This document shows, piece after piece, positions 56,300-64,000 of a stretch of DNA of 64,000 nucleotides. Every line of letters begins with the position of its first letter. The first letter of the stretch is position 1. A program made the position numbers and the translations under genes. The notes beneath the pieces were generated by a model that saw nothing but the letters and a program-made list of their open reading frames with translations, had not been told where the DNA came from and did no database searches. The stretch is taken from NCBI GenBank assembly GCA_041576165.1, contig JBFGLM010000002.1, forward strand, positions 64,001-128,000. The letters are read 5' to 3'. Source of the DNA: Acidimicrobiia bacterium (lineage in GTDB: Bacteria > Actinomycetota > Acidimicrobiia > Spongiisociales > Spongiisociaceae).

Positions 56300-58029
56300 T
56301 GGTGGCCCGCAGGACGGGCTCTCGTCTCGGAAGCCTTGACTTCCGACTCATCCTCCTCGGCTTTCTGTTCCTGGCAGCGTGGGCGATGATCGGGTTCAGG
56401 CTGTTCCAGGTGCAAGTTGTGCGGGCCGAGGACTACGCAGGCCAAGCGCGAGCCCAGCGTGTGACGACCCGGGAGCTGGCACCCGATCGTGGCACGATCT
56501 TCGACCGCGAGGGCCGCGAGCTAGCAGTCACGATCGACTCGACATCGGTGTACGCAAACCCGCAACAGGTGATCGATCCGGAGGTGACTGCCACCCTGGT
56601 GGGCGGGCTGCTCGGGCTCGACATAGACGAACTCGAGGCCGAGCTCGATGGAGACGGGTCCTTCGTGTTTGTGGCCCGCCAGCTCGAATGGGAAATCGCC
56701 CAGCAGGTTCGGGAGCTCGAACTACCGGGCATCCACTTCGTGTCGGAACCGAAACGGGTGTATCCGGCAGGATCGCTGGCCGCCCATGTCGTTGGGTTCG
56801 TCGACATCGACTCGATCGGCATCGAGGGTCTCGAGGCCGAATACAACGAGCTGCTGGCCGGGAAGGGCGGGCGGCTGCTGGTCGAGCGCGATGTGGCGGG
56901 CCGGGTGATCCCACAGGGGGAGTATGACCTCGAACCGGCCGAGCCCGGTACCGACCTCATCACGTCGATTGATCGCGAGATCCAGTTCATCGCCGAGTCG
57001 GCGTGCGCCGCGGCGCTGGAGACGACAGGGTCGCGTCAGTGCACGATCGTCGTGCTCGACCCCCACACGTTTGAGATCCGGGCCCTGGTGGTGGCGCCCA
57101 CGTTCGATCCCGCCAACCGACAAAGCGCGGATCCCAGCGTCTACAGCAACGCGGCCGTCCGTACCCAATACGAGCCGGGCTCGACCCAAAAGATCGTAAC
57201 GGTGGCAGCCGCGCTCGAGGACCAGGTGGTGGGCGCCTACACCGAGTTTCTCGTTCCCGATCACATCGAGATGGTCCCCCGGGCGTGCGAGTCCGACACG
57301 GATGACATCACCGGCTGTTTCCGGGACGTCAACAAACATCCGGACACCATCATGACCGTGCGCCAATGTGTCACCGTCTCGTCCAACGTGTGCTCCATCA
57401 AGATCCAGCAGAAGCTCGGCGAAGAACGGCTCAACGACTACCTGGTCAACTTCGGGTACGGACAGCCCACCGGGGTGGATTTCCCGGGCGAGCTGCCCGG
57501 GCGGGTCAAGCTGGACGTGGGTTGCACAACCTGTCCGGCATCGGCGGCGATCGGCTATTCGGTGTCGGTTACCCCGCTCCAGATGGCGGCGGTATACGCC
57601 ACAATCGCCAATGATGGAGTATGGATGAGCCCCCGCCTCGTGACCGCAGTGGTCGATGGCCGCGGCCGCCGCCAGGAGATCGAACCGGCCGAGCGCCGGG
57701 TTGTGTCCGAAGGGACCGCCCGGACCGTTCGCGTGATGTTGCGCAGTGTGGTTGAAGAAGGCACAGGCACCCGGGCCGCGGTCGACGGCTATTCCGTTGG
57801 CGGCAAGACCGGCACCACCCGGCGTTTCGTCGAGGGCGAGGGCTACACCGACCAGGTTCTTGCGTCTTTCATCGGCATGGCACCCATCGAGGATCCGGAA
57901 CTCGTCGTCGGCGTGCTCCTGGATGCTCCCGCACCGGAGTTCGGCTCGGGGGGCCTGGCGGCGGCTCCGGTGTTTGCCGAGGTCATCGAAGGGGCGCTCC
58001 AGCAGATGGGGGTGGGACCCGATGCCTGA
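56299..58029 (+). CDS. ftsI: Class B penicillin-binding protein (FtsI/PBP3)
   Basis: RGTIFDR, RVYP, GIEGLE, EPGSTQK (SxxK), SSN, KTGT. Confidence 0.93.
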   Translation: MVARRTGSRLGSLDFRLILLGFLFLAAWAMIGFRLFQVQVVRAEDYAGQARAQRVTTRELAPDRGTIFDREGRELAVTIDSTSVYANPQQVIDPEVTATLVGGLLGLDIDELEAELDGDGSFVFVARQLEWEIAQQVRELELPGIHFVSEPKRVYPAGSLAAHVVGFVDIDSIGIEGLEAEYNELLAGKGGRLLVERDVAGRVIPQGEYDLEPAEPGTDLITSIDREIQFIAESACAAALETTGSRQCTIVVLDPHTFEIRALVVAPTFDPANRQSADPSVYSNAAVRTQYEPGSTQKIVTVAAALEDQVVGAYTEFLVPDHIEMVPRACESDTDDITGCFRDVNKHPDTIMTVRQCVTVSSNVCSIKIQQKLGEERLNDYLVNFGYGQPTGVDFPGELPGRVKLDVGCTTCPASAAIGYSVSVTPLQMAAVYATIANDGVWMSPRLVTAVVDGRGRRQEIEPAERRVVSEGTARTVRVMLRSVVEEGTGTRAAVDGYSVGGKTGTTRRFVEGEGYTDQVLASFIGMAPIEDPELVVGVLLDAPAPEFGSGGLAAAPVFAEVIEGALQQMGVGPDA

Positions 58030-59476
58030 ACCGGTGACGCTCGCGACGCTGGCCCAGCAGGTGGGCGCGGAGTTGCGGGGCGACGGCAGCGTCTGGATAG
58101 AGGACGTGACCCATGACAGCCGGGCCGCCGGACCCCGCTCGCTGTTCGTTGCGGTTCGCGGGTTCACCGTTGACGGCCACCGGTACGTCGCCGGTCTCGC
58201 CGGGCGGGCGGGGGCGGCGGCAGTCGAGGAGTGGGTGGAGGCCGACATTCCGCAGCTCCTCGTGGCCGATTCACGGCTTGCGCTCGGGCTGCTGGCCGAC
58301 GTCGTTCATGGTCATCCGAGCCGGGCGATGGACGTCGTCGGGGTGACGGGCACGAACGGAAAAACCACGGTGACCTACATGATCGAGTCGATCGTGCGGG
58401 CGGCCGGCGGCAGGCCGGCGCGCGTCGGCACGACCGGCGCTTCGCTGAATGGGCGGTCGGTGCCGGTGCCCCGTACCACGCCCGAAGCCAGCGACCTCCA
58501 CCGGCTGCTGGCAACCATGGCGCAGGCCGGGATCTCAGTCGCCTCGATCGAGGTCTCCTCCCATGCGCTCCAGCTCGGCAGAGTGGAAGGCGTCGATTTC
58601 GCGGTTGCCGGATTCACGAACCTCAGTCAGGACCACCTCGACTTTCATGGCGACATGGAGAGCTATTTTCGGACCAAGGCCAGGCTGTTCGATGGTCGGG
58701 CGCGAGCCGAGGTCATTTGGACCGATGACCCCTATGGCCGGCGATTGTTCGAGCTGCGTTCGCGAGTCGCCATGTCGGTTGGATTCGACGACGCCGACGT
58801 TCGAGCATCGCAGGTGAGGACCACCTTGGGTCGCTCTTCATTCCTGCTCGAAACTCCTGGCGGCAAAGTCCCCGTGGAGTTGCCACTGGGCGGAGAGTTC
58901 AACGTCGCCAACGCGGCGATCGCGGCCGCCTGCGTGCTGCCCATTGATTTCGATCTCGAGGCGATCGCGGAGGGTCTCCAGGCTGTACCGCCCATCCCCG
59001 GACGCATGGAACGAATCAAGCGGGGTCAACCCTTTGCGGTGCTGGTCGATTACGCCCACACTCCAGGAGGGATCGAGATCATTGTGGACTCGGCCCGTCG
59101 GGTCGCGTCGGGCCGAGTGATAGTGGTGGTCGGAGCGGGTGGCGACCGGGATCGTGACAAACGATCTCAGATGGGCGCCGCCGGCGCGCGGGCGGACGTG
59201 TTGATCGTCACTTCGGACAACCCCAGGTCCGAGGATCCAGAGGTCATCATCGACGAAGTTCTGGTCGGTGTGGCCGGCGCGGCCGCGACGATCATGCGGG
59301 AGGCCGATCGCCGGGCGGCAATAGAGTTGGCCATCGAGCTCGCCGCCCCCGATGACGTGGTGCTGGTGCTCGGCAAGGGGCACGAACCCGGACAGGAGGT
59401 CCGGGGCGTGGTGCTGCCGTTCGACGACCGCCGGGTGGTGGCCGAAGCACTGGAAGCCGCCGGTTACGCATCATGA
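58022..59476 (+). CDS. murE: UDP-MurNAc-dipeptide:diaminopimelate ligase
   Basis: GTNGKTT, TTPE, EVSSH, NLSQDHLDFH, DYAHTP, DNPR (DAP-type), GKGHE. Confidence 0.96.
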   Translation: MPEPVTLATLAQQVGAELRGDGSVWIEDVTHDSRAAGPRSLFVAVRGFTVDGHRYVAGLAGRAGAAAVEEWVEADIPQLLVADSRLALGLLADVVHGHPSRAMDVVGVTGTNGKTTVTYMIESIVRAAGGRPARVGTTGASLNGRSVPVPRTTPEASDLHRLLATMAQAGISVASIEVSSHALQLGRVEGVDFAVAGFTNLSQDHLDFHGDMESYFRTKARLFDGRARAEVIWTDDPYGRRLFELRSRVAMSVGFDDADVRASQVRTTLGRSSFLLETPGGKVPVELPLGGEFNVANAAIAAACVLPIDFDLEAIAEGLQAVPPIPGRMERIKRGQPFAVLVDYAHTPGGIEIIVDSARRVASGRVIVVVGAGGDRDRDKRSQMGAAGARADVLIVTSDNPRSEDPEVIIDEVLVGVAGAAATIMREADRRAAIELAIELAAPDDVVLVLGKGHEPGQEVRGVVLPFDDRRVVAEALEAAGYAS

Positions 59477-60522
59477 TTGCGCTGCTCGTCTCCGCCACAG
59501 CCGCACTGCTGATTTCGATCATCGGCACACCCGCTGCGATCGCAGTGCTGCGACGGCGCCAGGTCGGCCAGTTCATTCAGGAGGAGGTCGAAGGCCACTA
59601 TCACAAACAGGGCACGCCCACCATGGGGGGTGTCGTGATGGTGGCAGCGGCCGTGGTGGCCTACCTAGCCGCCCACATATCGCTGTGGACGCCCGGCGAC
59701 GGCCTGCGGTTGTCGGCTGAGCCGCTACGCACCGGAGGCCTGCTGGCGCTGCTGGCGCTGGTCGGGATGGCCATCATCGGATTCCTGGACGACTTCATCA
59801 AGACCCATCGCCGGCGATCGCTGGGCCTCAGCATCCGCAGCAAATTCGCCGGCCAACTCCTGATAGCCATCCTCTTCGCAGTCGGTGCCGACCAGGCGGG
59901 AGTGTCGACTGAGCTCTCATTTGTCCGCCCCCTGGGGCTGGACCTAGGTGTCTTCTTTGTCGTGCTCGTGCTGTTGATGCTGACCGGGGCGGCCAACGGT
60001 GCCAACCTGGCGGACGGGATGGACGGCCTGGCCGCGGGCTCTGCCGCCCTCATGTTCGGCGCCTTTACGATCATCGCCTTCTGGCAGTCGCGGAACCTCG
60101 ATCTCTATGCGGCGAAGGACCCGCGCGAGTTGGCAATCCTGTCGGCAGCGATGCTGGGAGCGATCCTCGGGTTCCTGTGGTGGAACGCCCCTCCGGCCCG
60201 CATCTTCATGGGCGATGTCGGGTCGAACGCCATTGGGGGACTACTGGCAGCACTCGCTCTGCTGACCAGCACCCAGCTGCTACTGGCGGTGCTGGCCGGT
60301 TTGTACGTGGCCGAAACGCTGTCGGTGATCATCCAGGTGTTCAGCTTCCGCACTTTCGGCAAACGGGTCTTCCGGATGGCCCCCATCCACCACCACTTTG
60401 AGATAGGGGGGTGGCCCGAGACAACCATCGTGATCCGGTTTTGGATATTGGCCGGGATCGGCGTGGCGCTGGCGCTCGGCTTCTTCTACGCCGACTTCCT
60501 ACGAGCTGAGGGGCTGCTCTGA
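59473..60522 (+). CDS. mraY: Phospho-MurNAc-pentapeptide transferase
   Basis: KQGTPTMGG, GFLDD, NLADGMDGL, FMGDVGS, MAPIHHHFE. Confidence 0.96.
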   Translation: MIALLVSATAALLISIIGTPAAIAVLRRRQVGQFIQEEVEGHYHKQGTPTMGGVVMVAAAVVAYLAAHISLWTPGDGLRLSAEPLRTGGLLALLALVGMAIIGFLDDFIKTHRRRSLGLSIRSKFAGQLLIAILFAVGADQAGVSTELSFVRPLGLDLGVFFVVLVLLMLTGAANGANLADGMDGLAAGSAALMFGAFTIIAFWQSRNLDLYAAKDPRELAILSAAMLGAILGFLWWNAPPARIFMGDVGSNAIGGLLAALALLTSTQLLLAVLAGLYVAETLSVIIQVFSFRTFGKRVFRMAPIHHHFEIGGWPETTIVIRFWILAGIGVALALGFFYADFLRAEGLL

Positions 60523-61811
60523 TGCGGGCGCTGGTGTTGGGTGGCAGCGTCACCGGCCGGGCGGCCGTGCAGCTGCTCGGCCGTTTGGGCTACGCGGTGA
60601 CCGTATACGACGAAATGCCCTTAGACCCCCGCGACGTCGCTCCGGCTGCCATGGTCACCGGCGCCTGGTCGGATGAGCTGCTGGACGCCGTCGACCTCGT
60701 CGTGACGAGCCCCGGCTTCAAGCCGTCGTCGCCACCGATCATGGCTGCGAGGGCGCGCAGGGTCCCGTTGTGGGGTGATATCGAGCTGGCGATGCGCCAC
60801 CTGCATGTCCCGTTCGTTGCTGTCACCGGCACCAACGGCAAGACCACGGTGGTGGAAATGATCGCGGCCATCCTGTCTGCAGAAGGGATGAGGGCACCGG
60901 CCGCCGGCAACATCGGGGAGCCGCCGGCCGATCTGGTCGGCGAAGACATCGACGCCCTGGTGCTCGAAGTATCGAGTTTTCAGCTGTTCTACAGCGAGAC
61001 GTTTCATCCTCCGGTTGCGGTCTTGCTCAACGTTGCGCCGGACCACCTCGATTGGCATGGTTCGATGGAGGACTACGTCGCCGCCAAGGCCCGGATCTTC
61101 CGACGCCAGCAACCGGATGACACGCTGGTGTACTCCGTCGACGACGCCGGCGCCCGCAGCCTGGTCGGAGAGGCGCGGGGTCGCTTGGTCGGCGTGTCTG
61201 GTCACGAGGCCCCCGCCGGCGGGGCGGGTCCGGCAGGGGACGGATTTGTGCTTCCCACCGGACGGATACCGCTGAGAGAGCTCGCAGCAGACGATCCGAT
61301 CTTCCTGGTGGACTTTGCTGCTGCCGCAGTCGCCGCTCACTGTCTCGGCGCCGGCCACGAGGCGATCCGCCGTACCGGGCGCTCCTTTCAGCCCGGGCAC
61401 CATCGCCGGACGTTGGTTGGGACATGGGACGGGGTGAAATGGGTCAATGATTCAAAGGCGAGCAACCCGCACGCGGCGGTGGCCGCAATCGCCGCGTATC
61501 CCTCGGTCGTGCTGATTGCCGGCGGCCGCAACAAGGGCCTCGATCTCTCGCCGCTGGCCGCCGTGTCTACCGTGCGCTACATCGTTGCGATCGGCGAGGC
61601 CGCCGACGAACTGCTGGCGGCCGCAGGCGCCGTGCCCCACGCCCGGGCTTCGACCATGCGCGAGGCGGTCCATATCGCCGACACCGTGGCCCGTCCCGGC
61701 GACACCGTGCTCCTTTCGCCGGGGTGCGCCAGCTTCGACATGTTCTCCTCCTACGGAGAGCGAGGCGACGTGTTCACAGCCGAGGTCAAAGCTCGTAAGG
61801 AGGCAGCATGA
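60522..61811 (+). CDS. murD: UDP-MurNAc-L-Ala:D-Glu ligase
   Basis: SPG, GTNGKTT, EVSSFQL, DHLDWH, NDSKASN, SPGCASFD. Confidence 0.95.
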   Translation: MRALVLGGSVTGRAAVQLLGRLGYAVTVYDEMPLDPRDVAPAAMVTGAWSDELLDAVDLVVTSPGFKPSSPPIMAARARRVPLWGDIELAMRHLHVPFVAVTGTNGKTTVVEMIAAILSAEGMRAPAAGNIGEPPADLVGEDIDALVLEVSSFQLFYSETFHPPVAVLLNVAPDHLDWHGSMEDYVAAKARIFRRQQPDDTLVYSVDDAGARSLVGEARGRLVGVSGHEAPAGGAGPAGDGFVLPTGRIPLRELAADDPIFLVDFAAAAVAAHCLGAGHEAIRRTGRSFQPGHHRRTLVGTWDGVKWVNDSKASNPHAAVAAIAAYPSVVLIAGGRNKGLDLSPLAAVSTVRYIVAIGEAADELLAAAGAVPHARASTMREAVHIADTVARPGDTVLLSPGCASFDMFSSYGERGDVFTAEVKARKEAA

Positions 61812-62977
61812 GTGCCCGGGTGACATCGATCACGAGTATTCGGACGGCTGCCCGGCGGCGGGAGGTCGCCCGGACCACCAACTCTCGACTCGTGTCGTTG
61901 ATGCTGGTCATCGTCGGGATTCTCACCGTCATCGGCCTGGGTGCCACGCTGTCCGCCTCCTCGGTCCCAGGACTGCTGTCCGATGCCAAAGACAGCCTGG
62001 TGTTCTTCAAGCGCCAGGTCGCCTGGGTGCTGCTGGGTGTCGTTGTGATGTTCGTGGCAAGCCGGGTCCCGTACGACTGGTACCGGCGACTGGCCCTCCC
62101 TATCTTCCTCATCAGCGTGACCGGGTTGGCTGCGGTGCTCATGTTCGGGATCGAGGAAGGGGGAGCGAAACGCTGGCTGGATCTCGGCCCCGTCGCGCTC
62201 CAGCCGTCCGAGTTCGCCAAATTCGGCACGATCGTGTTCCTCGCAACCATCTTCAGCCGCAAGGGCCTGCTGGTGACCGACTTCAATCACTTTCTGGTTC
62301 CGGTGGCTGCGGCGGCCGGGCTGACCGGACTGCTGGTGATCCTCGAGAAGGATCTCGGCACCACCATCATCATCGGAGCTGCGGTCGGCGCAGTGCTGAT
62401 CGCGTCTGAAGCACCGCTGCTGTTCACATTCACCACCAGCCTCGTCGGGGGGCTGATGGCGGCGGCGCTGGCGCTGGCCGAGCCCTACCGGCGCGGGCGC
62501 GTGCTGTGCTTCCTGGATCCGTTCTCGGATCCGCTCGGCGACTGTTACCAGCTGGGACAGAGTCTGCTGGCCTTGGGGTCCGGTCACCTGTTCGGCGTTG
62601 GACTAGGTGCCAGCCGAGCGCGGTGGTCGTACCTCCCGAATGCGCACACCGACTTCATCTTCGCCATCATGGGCGAGGAAACGGGGTTCGCGGGGGCATT
62701 GATGGTGCTGCTGCTCTTCGCAGCCCTGTCGGTGATCGGAGTGGTGGTCGCCCATCGTGCGATCGACCCATTCGGACGCATGCTCGCTGCGGGGATCACC
62801 GCCTGGCTGTCGGCGCAGGCAATCGTGAATATCGGCGGGGTGGTCGGGATCATGCCCATCACCGGCCTCGCATTGCCGTTCGTCTCGGTGGGCGGCAGCG
62901 CATTGGTCATGGCGATGGGCGCGGCCGGCGTGCTCATGAATATCGCGCACACCGGGAAAGGAAAGGTCAAACGGTGA
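61808..62977 (+). CDS. ftsW: SEDS peptidoglycan polymerase FtsW
   Basis: GAKRW, QPSEFAK, DLGT, LPNAHTDFIF, PITGLALPFVS. Confidence 0.94.
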   Translation: MSARVTSITSIRTAARRREVARTTNSRLVSLMLVIVGILTVIGLGATLSASSVPGLLSDAKDSLVFFKRQVAWVLLGVVVMFVASRVPYDWYRRLALPIFLISVTGLAAVLMFGIEEGGAKRWLDLGPVALQPSEFAKFGTIVFLATIFSRKGLLVTDFNHFLVPVAAAAGLTGLLVILEKDLGTTIIIGAAVGAVLIASEAPLLFTFTTSLVGGLMAAALALAEPYRRGRVLCFLDPFSDPLGDCYQLGQSLLALGSGHLFGVGLGASRARWSYLPNAHTDFIFAIMGEETGFAGALMVLLLFAALSVIGVVVAHRAIDPFGRMLAAGITAWLSAQAIVNIGGVVGIMPITGLALPFVSVGGSALVMAMGAAGVLMNIAHTGKGKVKR

Positions 62978-64000
62978 AGTATGCGCTGGCCGCAGCCGGC
63001 ACCGGCGGACATGTCTACCCGGCGCTCGCAGTGGGTGAAGCCTTGACCGCGGCCGGGGTGGCTCCGAGCGACGTTGTGGTCATCGGAGGCGACCGGCTGG
63101 AGGCGACGGTCTTTCCCGCCGCCGGGTTTCCGTTCGAACGCCTGGAGGTGCGCGGATTCAATCGCGGCCGGATGGCCGCCAATCTCGGGATTCCCCGCAT
63201 GTTGGTGAGAGCGCGTTCCCGAGCGGCTGCGATACTGCAAGAGCACAAGGTCGGGGTTGTGCTCGGGTTCGGCAATTACATCACAGTGCCGGTCGCGATG
63301 GCCGCCCGCAAGCTCGACGTTCCACTGTTTGTGCACGAACAGAACGCTCATCCCGGCCTCGCCAACCGCTTGGCCAGTCGCTGGGCCGAACGCGCCTTCG
63401 TCTCGTTCCCGGACACCCCTCAGCTCCACCGGCCCGAGTTCACCGGCAACCCGCTTCGGTCACAATTCGACGGGTTCGACCGAGATTCCCTCCGTCCCCG
63501 AGCTCGGGAGCGCTACGGGCTCGATGCTGATCAACTCACGCTTGGGGTGTTCGGCGGCAGTCTCGGAGCTCGAGCCATCAACGATGCAGTAGCGACGATG
63601 CTGGCTGAGTGGTCTGGTCCGCCGATGCAAGTCATCCATCTGGTCGGTGACAAAGGAAGTCCGGATCCGGCCGAGCGGCGGTCGCCGGCCGCGGTTCGAT
63701 GGACGGTCAGACAGTTCGAGGATCGCATGGATCTGTTCTATGCGGCGCTCGACTTGGTCATCGCCCGGGCAGGGGGCGGCATCGCTGAGGTGCTGGCTAC
63801 GGCCACGCCGGCCATCCTGATTCCGGGTGGATTCGGCTCGGGAGGCCATCAGCTGGCCAACGCCGGATACGCGGCCGAAGCCGGAGCCGCCGCGATAGTT
63901 CCTGAGGCGGAGCTGAGCCGGCTCACCTCCGTGGTCACGGACCTCGCGACCCACCCCGACGCGCGGCTTGGTATGTCTGCGGCAGCTCGCAGTATTGCGC
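62974..64000 (+). CDS. murG: MurG glycosyltransferase (truncated by window end)
   Basis: GTG 62974: VKYALAAAGTGGHVYPALA, HEQNAHPGLAN, GNPLR, FGGSLGA, HQLANA. Confidence 0.93.
   Translation, partial: MKYALAAAGTGGHVYPALAVGEALTAAGVAPSDVVVIGGDRLEATVFPAAGFPFERLEVRGFNRGRMAANLGIPRMLVRARSRAAAILQEHKVGVVLGFGNYITVPVAMAARKLDVPLFVHEQNAHPGLANRLASRWAERAFVSFPDTPQLHRPEFTGNPLRSQFDGFDRDSLRPRARERYGLDADQLTLGVFGGSLGARAINDAVATMLAEWSGPPMQVIHLVGDKGSPDPAERRSPAAVRWTVRQFEDRMDLFYAALDLVIARAGGGIAEVLATATPAILIPGGFGSGGHQLANAGYAAEAGAAAIVPEAELSRLTSVVTDLATHPDARLGMSAAARSIA

Overview
High-GC chromosomal window from an actinobacterium, most likely Acidimicrobiia (inferred from gene content and synteny). Most of it is housekeeping: ilvB/ilvN with an attenuator, queG, ilvD, a metallophosphoesterase-SRPBCC-ArsA-ROK cluster interrupted by DUF3179/hsp20/lon, an aminotransferase, glgP, ltaE, a fabD-fabH-fabG-acpP-fabF operon, dinB, the MoxR-DUF58-transglutaminase cluster, an arsC-aquaporin pair, and the dcw cluster from mraZ to a partial murG. 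The standout is a ~12.7 kb accessory block (28.2-40.9 kb) that looks like an undescribed protease-cascade or conflict system. It encodes a HEAT-like/CHAT caspase-like protease, an alpha/beta-hydrolase with repeated Arg-Gly/Ser motifs, and a ~1,780-aa protein with an extracellular DUF11/SdrD-B adhesin stalk joined by one transmembrane helix to a cytoplasmic nSTAND1-type NTPase, which reverses the usual STAND topology. It also encodes a pseudo-TIR-SIR2 fusion and a trypsin-like protease. Other signals are a frameshifted toxin-like endonuclease gene, a leaderless ilvB leader peptide, a PafBC-type promoter, duplicated lipoproteins with twin-palindrome operators, an mraW-like RNA hairpin, and a doubly coupled orphan ORF between ftsL and ftsI. 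No rRNA, tRNA, CRISPR array or integrase was seen. All family assignments are from motif recognition by eye, not database searches.
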